Shown here one piece after another: positions 40,417 to 53,344 of a stretch of 64,000 nt of DNA. How positions within the stretch are numbered: position 1 is the stretch's first letter; each line of letters opens with the position of its first letter. The notes under the pieces were generated by a model. The model had not been told where the DNA came from and searched no databases. It saw only the letters and a program-made list of their open reading frames with translations. The stretch spans positions 338,520,001-338,584,000 of the forward strand of contig OZ024743.1 of NCBI GenBank assembly GCA_964016885.1, given 5' to 3'. The DNA comes from Eledone cirrhosa. Its lineage: Eukaryota. The position numbers were made by a program, and so were the translations under genes.

Positions 40417-41522
40417 CACACCAACACACATGTCCGCATATACTGAAAACTTCTTACAAATTCCACCCCTAACTTTTCAACAAATTCACAAACCAACACA
40501 AATAGAAATAAAAATCTTACACGTGTAAAACAGAAGGAAAGTGAAGTAAATTCAAAATGGCCGACCCAGACAATATTTTACATCAGCACCGTTTATAATA
40601 TAAACACAGGGAAAAGAAGAGCAGCCGACACAGAAGATTTGTTTTGTTTTCGTTTTGTTGTTGTTGTGGTTTTGTTGTAATTTTTTTTTTTTTTCGTTGG
40701 TTTATTTATTCTTTGGCGGGGTAGTTTTAGATTCGCTTTATTTCAACACTAATACGATTTTCACCCCCATTTACTTTCGAGTACAGACACACACATATAC
40801 ACACAACACACACATGTACCCATATATACCTACACGCATATACAAACACACACACACATAAAACACACACTTACATGTATGTATACCTCTATGTGAACAT
40901 GTATGTAAGTATGTATATGTGTATATGTGAGTATGTGTGTGTATACATCTATGTATATGTATACATCTATGTGTGAGTTTCGGTGTATAACGTCATTTAT
41001 CATTGGAAAAGATTCATTCACCGCAAATACATCCTGAAAATGTATAGACCACACGTGTCAAGGTAGTGGCAGTGATGGCGGTGATGGCGGTGATGGCGGC
41101 GGTGGTGGCGGTGATGGCGGTGGTGGTGATTGGTGGTTTGGGAGATTGTGGTGGAGGTGGTTAGTGGTTTTGGAGGTGTAGTGGTTTTGGAGATATAGTG
41201 GAGGTGGTTAGTTGTTTTAGAAGTGTAGTGGATGTGTAGTGGAGGTGCAGTCGAGGTGTAGAGGAGGTTTTGGGGGATTGTGCTGGTAATTGCTTTCTAA
41301 CAGTGCTACACGTGCCGTAGACACAACAATGAATAATATCTTTGCTACAGTTAAGCACCGGAACACCATTTGCCTATCATTTAACTTAACTTCTTTGTTA
41401 AAAGATTAATAGATTCAGTGCTTCTTTTTTTTTTATTCTCATTCCCTTGAATCTGTTATTAAGTTTGAGTGTCTCCATTTTACATCTGATCTGAGCTTTG
41501 AGGTGGCATTATATTTTACATT

Positions 41523-41948
41523 AAACCTGGATCTGTTACCGGCTTTAGGGAGCGGGCTCTATTTTATACCTAACCTGGGTCTGTTACCAGCTCTGTAAGG
41601 GTACCTACATTTATACCTGACCTGGGTCTGTTACCAGCTCTGTAAGGGTACCTACATTTATACCTGACCTGGGTCTATGACCAGTTCTGTAAGGGTACCT
41701 ACATTTATACCTGGCCGGGTCTGTTACCAGCTCTGTAAGGGTACCTACATTTATACCTGACCCGAGTCTGTTACCAGCTCTGTAAGAGTACCTACATTTA
41801 TACCTGACCCGGGTCTGTTACCAGCACTGTAAGGGTACCTACATTTATACCTGACCTGCGTCTATGACCAGCTCTGTAAGGGTACCTACATATATACCTG
41901 ACCTAAGACTGTCACCAGCTCTGTAAGGGTGCCAGGGTCTATTACCAG
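41523..41948. repeat. Minisatellite, 47-bp unit, about 9 copies
   Basis: gggtctgttaccagctctgtaagggtacctacatttatacctgacct. Confidence 0.95.
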
Positions 41949-42092
41949 TCTGTATATAAGGTTATCAATCGAAATATTCTGGAAACCATTCATGCAATGA
42001 AAAGTAAAAATCAATATATTTTAATGTAGAGCATAAGTACACTTACTTTGTGTATGATCCCTGTATGTATACATATATATGTATGAGCATAA

Positions 42093-42128
<36 letters not shown>

Positions 42129-42276
42129 ATACTTTGGGAGGGTTATGTTGCCAATAAGAAACACACGCACCAGTTGCTTTCACTCCAATTTATTATGAAT
42201 AAAATTTATAAATTTAAGAATTTATAAATTTCCGGTTGGTTGGTTAGTTCCATAACCGGACGGTTGTTCATATATT

Positions 42277-42319
42277 GTCAAAGTTCTTTCGTCACACATT
42301 CTGTGACCTCTTCAGTGAC
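42277..42319 (-). ncRNA. Minimal type I hammerhead ribozyme
   Basis: Same motif as 10879-10921. Confidence 0.75.
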
Positions 42320-42559
42320 TGCGGATTCTTTTCATTATTTTGTGCCTCTTCTTTGTTCTGTCCTACGCCATCTTGTTTCTGTGTGTGTTGTATGCTTAGT
42401 TTGCGCATGTATTACATCCGGGTGTCTGTGTGTGTTTTTATTTCTTTATTTCTTTGTTTATTTACATGTTACTGGTTGGTTGTTTGTTCTATGTGTGTGT
42501 GTTTTCGTTTTGTCCTTAATTGTAAGTTTTGATGTTGCTATTCCATTCATGTTTTCTAT

Positions 42560-43962
42560 TTAATTTGGTTGTAATTCATTTATGTTTATTGCCTCTGTGA
42601 TTTGTCTAAACATTGCGTCTTTTCTGTGTGTAGATTCTATTTTTATTTCTATGTTCTCTAATTTACCCTTATGTTCTATTTTAGCATGTTGGTGGAGTAC
42701 AGATGATTCTTTACTATCTTGAAGTTCTCGCCAGTGTTCATTTAAGCGTTCTCCTATACTATGAGCTGTCTCACCTATGTACACTATATTCTTATCTTTA
42801 CATTGTCCTTCAGTACATCTTATGCTATATACTATATTTCTAGTTTTACAGTTAATACGGGGGCTTAGTTTACAGATTATGCATTTTTTATATATACAGG
42901 GAGGTCTTTGAAAAGGGTATGTATTGCTAATAAGTGTTTTTATGGAGGTACCTGGTCTTTCTACTATCTTAATATTGAGTTTAAGTTTATCTAGGGCCCT
43001 TCTAACTTTGTAAGCTAATTCACCTCTAGGGGTTGTATTGATGAACATTACACTCTGGTATTTATTGCTATCATACCATGAGTTTATTCTATTAACCTTA
43101 TTCCTATTTCTTTCTATTCTATTCCAAAATTTGCTCCTATACAAGGGGCAGGTCCCATTTGTATCATTATTTACCATTTTTTCCCATTTGGTTCTGGCTC
43201 CTCTATATAGTCTGATTTTATCTCTCTGATTGTAACCAGAGAACTGCATACGGCGGATGAAGTGTTGTATGTGTCTCTCTAGTTCTTTTGGGTTGCACAT
43301 GCGGGACACGTTTCTCATCACCCGTACCAAATCCACAATCAGTATGTTGATTTTGGTGTGATCCGAAACAGCTGAGTTTCAGTGGATCAGATATTTGAAA
43401 GTCATGGGTTTGGCATAATGGGAATGGAGGATTTGTTTTTTTTGTTATTAATGGTTTCTAACCAGAGCTCTGTGTCTAGTACAGGTAATCGATGGTTGGG
43501 GTGTTTACTTGGGTAGTCTATAGTAACTCTAATACTCTGGTGGATGGAGTTAGCTATTTGCTGGATGCTTTCCATTGTGTTTTTATCTAATTCCTGACTG
43601 TTCTCTAGTGGGGGTGTTTTTACTACAATGTTTATAGCATCAACGTAGCGGGAGTACATTATCAGGGTTAAGGGGTCTTCTAATTGTTCTTTAAGTTTAA
43701 GTCTACTGTCCCACCATACCATGAATAAGTTAGCTACGTCGCCTGCAATGCTAACACCAATGGCTGCTCCCTCCTCTTGGGCATGTGTTTTTCCATTAAA
43801 TTTGAACATATATTCCTTAAGGGTTAGTTTTATACTGGCCCCCACCGCATGTGAAATCATTTTCTTTAGTTCATCGTGGTTTTCGGGGTTCCGTATGGCT
43901 CTGGTCCACCCGTTCCATCTTTCTGTGTGGGTTTTCTTGGCCATTGAGGCAATGGTAGGTGA
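42560..43962 (-). pseudogene. Penelope RT C-terminal half plus GIY-YIG, frameshifted
   Basis: QEEGAAIG..ANLFM..YSRYVDA..LPVLD; IVYSIRC..YIGET..ERLNEH..RQITEA. Confidence 0.92.
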
Positions 43963-44596
43963 TCAGAAAAGAGGCAGACCACCTACCATTACCTCAATGG
44001 CCAAGAAAACCTTCCCTGTATAGATAAGAAATGCATAATCTGTAATCTAAGCCCCCATATTAACTGTAAAACTATAAATGTAGTATATAGCATAAGATAT
44101 ACTAAAGGACAATGTAAAGATAAGAATATAGTGTACATAGGTGAGACAACTCGTAGTATAGGAGAACGGTTAAATGAACACTGGCGAGAACTTCAAGATA
44201 AAAAAGAATCATCAATACTCCACCAACATGCTAAAATAAAACAAGGGCAAATTAGAGAACATAGAAATAAAAATAGAATCTACACACAGAAAAGACGCAA
44301 TGTTTAGACAAATCACAGAGGGAATAAACATAAATGAACTCCAACCAAAATTAAATAGAAAACATGAACGGAATAGCAACATCACAACTTACAATTAAGG
44401 ACAAAATGAAAACACACACACACATAGAACAAACAACCAACCAGTAACATGTAAATAAACAAATAAATAAAGAAATAAAAACACACACAGACACCCGGAT
44501 GTAACACATGCGCAAACTAAGCACACAACACACACAAAAACAAGATGGCGTAGGACAGAACAAAGGAGAGGCACAAAACAAAGAAAAGAATCCGCA

Positions 44597-44639
44597 GTCA
44601 CTGAAGAGGTCACAGAATGTGTGACGAAAGAACTTTGAC
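44597..44639 (+). ncRNA. Minimal type I hammerhead ribozyme
   Basis: gtca ctgaaga g gtcac..gtgac gaaa gaac tt tgac. Confidence 0.75.
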
Positions 44640-44823
44640 AATATATGAACAACCGTCCGGTTATGGAACCAACCAACCAACCGGAAATGTATAAATTCTT
44701 AAATTTATAAATTTAATTTATAATAAATTGGAGTGAAAGCAACTGGTGCGTGTGTTTCTTATTGGCAACATGGCCCTCCCAAAGTATAACAATATCGGTT
44801 TCAACACACGTTTTGCTAAACAA

Positions 44824-44863
<40 letters not shown>

Positions 44864-45082
44864 CTGTGTGTGTGTGTCTGTGTATGTGTGCTCACACATA
44901 CACATGTATGTAATTATATATATGTGTGAGTTCGGGGTTCAATCGAGGGTAACCAAAGTAAGTAAGGTAGTCAATACAATAGTAGAGTGTATACAATAAG
45001 GGTTTTCCTGATTATTTCCTTCGAATGAAAGAGTTCTAGTCCTGGAGAAGTAATTTCTATACGAAATGTGTTATATATATAT

Positions 45083-45126
<44 letters not shown>

Positions 45127-45165
45127 GTAAATATACACGGGTGTGTATGATTGTGTATAGAAGAT

Positions 45166-45560
45166 TATATTAATAAGAGGAATTCCAACTTTGTCTGATT
45201 TACTCGTTTTATTTACAATCCTTTAAAATATATAATGGTATTATAATGAAATAGTATGATAGAATATTAAATTCTAAGTGTTAATTGAACAAGTACTTTC
45301 ATGCTTTCGCAATCTTCAGGTTCATAATATGTGGTGACAGTCAAGTTTGCAATTTTCAACTGTCAGTTGAAAATTGCAAACTTGACTGTCACCACATATT
45401 ATGAACCTGAAGATTGCGAAAGCATGAAAGTACTTGTTCAATTAACACTTAGAATTTAATATTCTATCATACTATTTCATTATAATACCATTATATATTT
45501 TAAAGGATTGTAAATAAAACGAGTAAATCAGACAAAGTTGGAATTCCTCTTATTAATATA
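45166..45560. repeat. Long palindrome (197-bp arms, 1-nt spacer at 45363), Penelope pLTR-like
   Basis: Arms read as exact reverse complements; each carries a hammerhead. Confidence 0.93.
45402..45440 (+). ncRNA. Minimal type I hammerhead; mirror at 45286-45324 (-)
   Basis: UGAAC-CUGAAGA-U-UGC GAAA GCA-U-GAAA-GUAC-UU-GUUCA; palindromic AGUACU stem III. Confidence 0.8.
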
Positions 45561-46047
45561 TATATACACACACACAGATATCCACGATAGAAACGATCGT
45601 AAAGCAGTGAAGTATATTTCTAATGACTGAAGTTTTATTTCATTGTTTTAACTTATATATATTTATATATATATATTTATTATTCACACATGCAAACAAC
45701 ACACAACACGCTTACACATAGGTGTACACAAACACATATTTATATGTGTGTGTATGTTTGTGTCTGTGTGTGATCTTTAACAGTTATGTGAAGTGTTTAA
45801 AGCTGTCACCCTTGGTGTTGCTTTTAATCCCTCTGGCTTCAACAAAATACGTATATATAAATATGTGCTATAACCCTTTCCTGTAACTAATTAGGCTTAC
45901 ATTCCACTTTTAGTATTTGCTGTAAAAGCCTTTCTCCACAGCTTCTTTCAGACGTCATCTATATTTCCACCAAAAGAAGGTTCGCAGTAAACTTTGATAT
46001 TGCCGTTATATTTAATGTTACAAATATCTTGAATTTCATCTTAAATT

Positions 46048-46136
<89 letters not shown>

Positions 46137-46345
46137 CTTCAATGGAATATATACAAAGGAGATTAATCTCTATTGAAAGGTATCTATATTCTAGATTCTT
46201 GTTTAATTTTAAATGTTATCTCCGTAACTATGTGCGTTTACACTCTTCACAAATTGTCTCCTGTACTATTTGATGTGTTTATTTTACATACATACGTCAT
46301 CTTACTTTTAATTCAATATATACATGTGTGTGTGTGTGTGTGTGT

Positions 46346-46967
<622 letters not shown>

Positions 46968-46978
46968 ATATATATATA

Positions 46979-48100
46979 TCTATATATTAATTTGAACAAC
47001 GTCAGTATTCCGTGTGTCATAATTCTCGATTATCATTGGTTCATAGGTTTCAAACGACTCCGCCCACCTCAACGACGCCAAACTTAAATTAATACGCATA
47101 ATGCCAATGAGGGAGTGAGAGGGGAGAGTAAGAAACAGAGAGGTAAAGTGAACGCTGTAACTATTACCATGTGTGCGTGTGTATGTACGTGCGCGTATGT
47201 TTATGTGTGTGTCCGTGCATGCAGCGTTCCACAGAAAGTAAAAACTATCAACATGTGTGAGTGTGTAAGTGTGTGTTTAAGTGCACGGGTGCGTGTGTAA
47301 GTTTGCGTGCGTGTGCGCGTTTCCATGCGTGTATGTGTGTGTACGTGGGCCGTTCCACAATCGACACACAGTTTATCTGTCTGTGTGCCTGTCTGTCAGT
47401 CTAACATACACAGAGTTGTGAAGAGAGTAAATAGGGACCTTTTTTTACATTGACGGATATCTTTTATATTTATTATTGTGTCATTTTTTGACAATTGCTC
47501 GAAATAAAAGCAATTCGACTTTATCAAACAGTGAACTACAGCGGTGACGGCGTGCAGCCAGGAATGAAGAAAAACGAGCCGAACAACGCCATCAAGATGC
47601 CGAACTTCAGAGGCGAAGACGTGCCGCCATGAATGAAGAGGAGCTGGCTGAACAACGCCAACGAAACACTGGAGCCAAGCAGCGACGGCGTGCTGCGATG
47701 GTTGAAGACGAACTGGCTGAGCATCATCTTTTATATTAATTATCTATATCTATATCTACATATAATACAAAAGATTGGAACTTCCATCATCCTTTTGAGA
47801 AACGTGGAACAACCACGTCTATGCAATGATACACATTTTACAGTCAGGCAGAAGATGAACTATCTCCTAGAGGTCACTATTCTAGGTGGGAGCACCTAGA
47901 ATTGTTCATATACTATGCACAAACGGTACAACGAAAAATCTGGTATATCTGGAAGATTTTTTTTACTGTTTTCTGTATCACACAGACACCACGGACTCGC
48001 CTCATACTGTAACCAGACAAACATCCAATACAGAAATTTTCTCTTTTACCTGTCTCCTCTTATCATCTGTTTACTCGGGCGAAACTGGGTCGTCAGCTAG
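46979..48100 (+). mobile_element. Non-autonomous Helitron (possibly two fused pieces)
   Basis: TC starts at ~46979 and ~47756; 23-aa Arg/Glu repeats at 47535-47725 like RepHel N-termini; 3' hairpin followed by CTAG|T at 48097-48101. Confidence 0.6.
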
Positions 48101-48119
48101 TATATATATATATATATAT

Positions 48120-48312
48120 ATAGGAACGAGTAGGACCCCGACGGCTGAGCTCAAGCCGTTTCGACGGCTAATTCTGGACTAATTAGCCGTCGAAACGGCT
48201 TGAGCTCAGCCGTCGGGGTCCTACTCGTTCCTATTACCCACTCTACTACCCTAAGTATTGAGTACTTTGGTGCGTTATGGTCCACCTGGTTCCTTACCAC
48301 ATTTCTTCCGTT
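48120..48312 (+). mobile_element. Short palindromic hammerhead-half element, copy 2
   Basis: Arms 48120-48173 and 48181-48234 plus tail; in (TA)n. Confidence 0.85.
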
Positions 48313-48366
48313 ATATATATATATATACTAGCTGACGTACCCAGCTTCGCCCGAGTATATATATAT

Positions 48367-48550
48367 TCTACTTTTGGCACAAGGCCAGCAATTAGCCAGT
48401 GCATTACTTGTACTTTATTTTATCGACCCCGTAAGGATGAAAGGCAAAGTTAACCTCGGCGGGATTTGAACTCAAAATAGCAAGGGCCGTAACTCAATGC
48501 GTCAAAGCATGGCGTCCGACCCTCTACCGATACTGCCAATTCACCACCCT
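48367..48550 (-). mobile_element. SINE copy
   Basis: Reverse complement of the 721-838 family including its head. Confidence 0.75.
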
Positions 48551-48571
48551 ATATATATATATATAATATAA

Positions 48572-49486
48572 TATAAAGTATGCCCATAGAATCATTTGAT
48601 AATATATATACATCATTCTCTCTCCCAATTAGCATAATTAACCACACAAAAATTGGGAGAAGAAATGATGTATATATATCATCAAATGATTCTATGGACA
48701 TATTTTATAGTATATTGCTCTGATTATTTAATTTATTAATTGGTCATTGAGCCACATCGTGAATGGTTGCCAAAACACATGTATATCTATGACTTTGTTT
48801 AACTGGTGTATATGTAAATCTTCATATTTAATAATCTCCCATAAGGTTGAGATGCAATTTGGGAAATATTGGGCTGCGCTTTCTAGCAACCAACCCACTC
48901 GCCGTAAGCAACACTCTTTCTAACTTGACCACTGCCACGTCACAATTCTTAGCCATTTTGAATTCGTGTTTGGCAGGGGCCACTTCAGAAAATAATCTAT
49001 CCTAGCGAGTTTGTCTCCTGACGAGTTCGAAGCTCGAGATTTATCCTTAATAGGATATATCAAAATGAGAACGAAACCCAAGGGTAGGGACATAATCCTG
49101 GTATGTATATAAGCATTTCTAACTTTAATTTTATACCTAATTGTGTATGGTTGACCGTATATTTAATTAATTTCCACGTGCTGTTGAAATGTTGTGTAAA
49201 CATTCTATGGCGGTTGGCCGCGAAGAGGCTGCTATCGTTTATTTATTTACTATTTCTTCATAGGTGCCTTTTAATCTTATAGTCTGGTCTAATTGATTTT
49301 TTGTGTGGTTAATTATGCTAATTGGGAGAGGAAATGATGTATATATATTATCAAATGATTCTATGGACATACTTTATAGTATATTGCTCTGATTATTTAA
49401 TTTATTAATTCTTCATTGAGCCACATCGTGAATGGTTGCCAAAACACATATATATCTATGACTTTGTTTAATTGGTGTATATGTAA

Positions 49487-49490
<4 letters not shown>
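48572..49490 (+). mobile_element. Non-coding hammerhead element, ~670-bp unit with terminal direct repeat and 5' inversion
   Basis: 48654-48820 repeats at 49323-49490; 48572-48653 is the reverse complement of ~49296-49378; flanked by TA/TC repeats. Confidence 0.8.
49012..49092 (+). ncRNA. Canonical type I hammerhead ribozyme (GUA site, cut after 49086)
   Basis: UGUCUC-CUGACGA-GUUC..GAAC-GAAA-CCC AA GGG-UA-GGGACA; extended stem II. Confidence 0.85.
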
Positions 49491-49569
<79 letters not shown>

Positions 49570-49576
<7 letters not shown>

Positions 49577-52213
49577 ACCTATATTCCGCGGGCTCACATA
49601 CATTCTCTATGCGTGATTTGGCTCAGTTCAGCCAATCAGCGCCAGTAGAAGAGGATGTATCCCTACGCGCCCTGAGGAAGAAATTCCCCGCGAAGATTTG
49701 AAGAATCTCTCTCTTGTACCGGAAACTTCAAGCCAGCAACACGCATAATGTAACGGTGAGATTTTGCACCCTAGCCTCGCCGGCTTAACGGCGCAATGGC
49801 ACATTCCCTTTTGTAACCTCTTCTTATCTGTAACTTCAACCATATAAGTTAACAAACATTGTTTGTGCTACATCAAAAATAAACATACATTTCATCTCTA
49901 ATTTCTGCTGTTGAAATCATTTTTATGTTACTCGTGTCTCAATAACATCTATAATCCATGCTGCTGGAATTGGCGACCTGACGAAAGGAATGTTGTAAAT
50001 ACAAAGATGGTAAATAGATCGAGGGACCTTCCCTCACGTCTATGTCGACAAGATAATCCAACGAGGATACTATCACTTACCACACCATCAATCATCAATC
50101 CTGTTAAAGTGGTGACCGACGTAAGAATTTAAGGCAGCCCTTCTTTTTCATTCAGTTGAACTTTTATTGCCACGTTGCCAACCTTTTTCGCAACTTGCGA
50201 AAATACAATGTATTCCTTTCAAAAATTTTTGAAAAATTGGCAGTATTTCAAAAACTTTTCAAGATGGCTACCGACATGTCCTGGCTACACTTGACAACAA
50301 CAACGACAGCAGCAGCGACAGCGTTGTTTAACCACTGACCAATACGGGGAACAGTGAGTGGCAGCTTCATAGCCTTACCGACGCAAACCATCACACATCG
50401 GAAATTTCAAAACGGCTTGTAACTTTACCGACGCAACCACCATATCTTCTGTCTCGTTACCACAGGGACTCGAGAAATTGAGACAGTAGTTTTCTCACCA
50501 TTATGGCGTCAGACGTGGCTGCCATGTTTGGTGACTGCTACTCTACAGAAGATTCTTTGACTTTGCTTTAACAATAAGCAACACAACCTTGTGGCAGGAC
50601 GGTAAAGTGGCCACGAAAACTCACAAAAACACCATACATCTAACCCCTAACGGCATTAACACACTTCTTTTTCAGATTTCAGATAGAACTAGTGTCTGTA
50701 CACTGGTGATGTGTGAACTATTTGACTTTGAAAAACTTTGAACTTATTGAGCAATTTCTCTGCTCCCTTAGATTGACTTTAAATTATCAGTTACATTCAC
50801 ATATTGCTTTGTAGAATGCATTTACTTGTTTTGTGCTCTTTTGCTATTTGCTTGCTCATGGTTTTTGTTCATTCACATTCTTTGCTGTTTTACATGCCTG
50901 CATGTGCACACATTTTTTTTTATCACACACCAACATGTTGTTCTTGGTATATGTTCTTCAAACGTAATATTCTGCGAGTCCCTTTTCACCTGGTCGAGGT
51001 GCTGTCACATGCTAGCAGCTCACAGAGCTTAATCCACTGGATTCAAACAGGCACAGCAACACGAGAATACTAATTGCAGCTGAACTCAAACAGCTTCGCA
51101 TCTCGTTGCACACTGATCGTCCATGACGGCCATCCGTCTTGTTGTTTTTGCCCGACTCGCTGGGAAAGCAACAAATTGAACTGGACTTGTCAGCATTTCG
51201 GCCAATTCTGTGGATTCGCCCGAATTATGGAATTTACACTGCAACCCACCTACAGATTAAACTTGCATTTTTTTCTTTACAAAAAGCAACCAGCCATTTT
51301 TTCCTGGCTCCCTAGCACATTCGGCAATATATCTGGGAGGCCAACATTTTCTCGCCTACCCATCATCTTCTTGCCAGCACTGCTATAATAGCTTCGTCCA
51401 CAGCTACTGGTGCAGCACTTGCCATTGACATTTAATGCAAGAACAGCAACTTCGCCCATGTCAGACTTTATCCGTTTTTTGTTAGACCTTTGGCGGTCAC
51501 GTATAAACAACAAAACAACTGGTCATTTGACACAGCGGCTCAACACGGCCCGTAGCGCCTCATTTTTTGTTCTTGCATGCAACCTTCTGCTCAATTATTT
51601 TGTCACTGATGTGCTCTTTCGGCATTTGTTATTGCTGATTTAATAATCTGTATCGACTACCGTCTAGAAAGGGGGTATTGTAGTGACCTACATTCTGCGG
51701 GCTCACATACATTCTCTATGCGTGATTTGGCTCAGTTCAGCCAATCAGCGCCAGTAGAAAAGGATGTATCCCTACGCGCCCCGAGGAAGAAATTCCCCGC
51801 GAAGATTTGAAGAATCTCTCTCCTATACCGGAAACTTCAAGCCAGCAACACGCATAATGTAACGGTGAGATTTTGCGCCCTAGCCTCGCCGGCTTAACGG
51901 CGCAATGGCACATTCCCTTTTGTAACCTCTTCTTATCTGTAACTTCAACCATATAAGTTAACAAACATTGTTTGTGCTACATCAAAAATAAACATACATT
52001 TCATCTCTAATTTCTGCTGTTGAAATCATTTTTATGTTACTCGTGTCTCAATAACATCTATAATCCATGCTGCTGGAATTGGCGACCTGACGAAAGGAAT
52101 GTTGTAAATACAAAGATGGTAAATAGATCGAGGGACCTTCCCTCACGTCTATGTCGACAAGATAATCCAACGAGGATACTATCACTTACCACACCATCAA
52201 TCATCAATCCTGT

Positions 52214-52217
<4 letters not shown>
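49570..52217 (+). mobile_element. Non-autonomous LTR retrotransposon
   Basis: 539-bp LTRs at 49570-50108 and 51679-52217; PBS-like tggtgaccgacgt at 50110; PPT agaaaggggg at 51666-51675; no long internal ORF; inserted in (TA)n. Confidence 0.9.
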
Positions 52218-52298
<81 letters not shown>

Positions 52299-52308
<10 letters not shown>

Positions 52309-52987
52309 TGAATATAAAAGAGAAATAAACACAGATATATACACATATGTGTTCAAATCGTAAGGGACCAGGTTCGCTAGGGTGAAAAAAATAGTAACTA
52401 TAAGCAATAGGGCTATTTAATTGTAAGAGACTATTTTGAGTTTCTAACTCAATATATACCTTTGATATATTCGGCTCCGTCAATTTGTTGAGCTGACTTA
52501 AAAGTCGAGTAAAGTTGGCTGCTATTTCTAGTAGCATAAGTTTGTGAGACACGCTGGGTATTGATGCCATGTTCGTTATTTAATATACGCACAATATTCA
52601 ATCTTCTGAGATACTTAGAAGTGAGGAGTTTACTAATTTTACACCCACTGATGAGCAAAGAATTGGTAATCTTCTTCACTTAAATTGCGAAACAGTTTCA
52701 CTAAAAGCTGTCTGGGTGTTTGGTCGTTACCCCATAACAGTTTGTATTTATTTTCTTGATTTATTCTTTTAAATTGAGTCTGGCAAATCCTATTGCTTAT
52801 AGTTAGTATTTTTTTCACCCTAGCGAACCTGGTCCCTTACGATTTGAACACATATATGTATATATCTGTGTTTATTTCTCTTTTATATTCAATTATAATA
52901 TACGCCTTGGAAAAATATCTTTCCTTGAGCTATTTAATTCTAAGAGATTATTTTGAGTTTCTAACTCAAAATATACTTTTGATATAT
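52299..52987 (+). mobile_element. Non-coding hammerhead element, ~517-bp unit with terminal direct repeat and 5' inversion
   Basis: 52412-52468 repeats at 52929-52987; 52299-52411 is the reverse complement of 52789-52901; in (TA)n. Confidence 0.8.
52641..52719 (+). ncRNA. Canonical type I hammerhead ribozyme (GUC site, cut after 52712)
   Basis: ACACCCA-CUGAUGA-GCAA..UUGC-GAAA-CAGUUU..AAGCUG-UC-UGGGUGU. Confidence 0.9.
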
Positions 52988-53003
52988 ATATATATATATA
53001 TAA

Positions 53004-53318
53004 TGTTATACTTTGGGAGGGTCATGCTGCCAATAAAAACACACGCCCCTGTTGGTTTTCACTTGAATTTATTATAAATTTTCGGTTGGTTTGTTGGTTC
53101 GATTACCGGAAGGTTGTTTATATATTGTCAAAGCTCTTTCGTCACACATTCTGTGACCTCCTCTGTGACTAGGTTTTTATTTTGTGTCTTTCCTTTGTTC
53201 TGTCATACACCATCTTGTGTTTGTGTGTTGTGTGCTTAGTTTGCGCATGCGTTACATCCGGGTGTGTGTGAGTGTGTTTATTTATTTATGTACTTATTTA
53301 CTTGTCACTAGTTGGTTG
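53004..53318 (-). mobile_element. Diverged Penelope pLTR fragment (family of 42125), hammerhead core mutated
   Basis: Homology to 42125-42480; core reads CAGAGGA. Confidence 0.8.
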
Positions 53319-53344
53319 AGGAGAAGGAGGAGGAGGAGGATGGT

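Larger units (their letters stand above)
42125..44792 (-). mobile_element. Penelope-like element, 5'-truncated, with inverted 3' segment (44010-44792 on +)
   Basis: RT and GIY-YIG ORF pieces on minus; 42125-42905 and 44010-44792 are inverted homologues; hammerheads in both arms. Confidence 0.92.

Noticed and set aside
40550-40565. YY1-like motif CAAAATGGCCG as a promoter
   Set aside because: Isolated short motif with no supporting exon or transcript evidence.
41523-41948. Possible CRISPR array (also 4800-5270)
   Set aside because: Contiguous tandem units without unique spacers, no cas genes, eukaryotic context.
52449-52679. Minus-strand ORF ending ..KGIY as a GIY-YIG linker
   Set aside because: Opposite strand to the hammerhead, short, and no YIG follows; probably chance.
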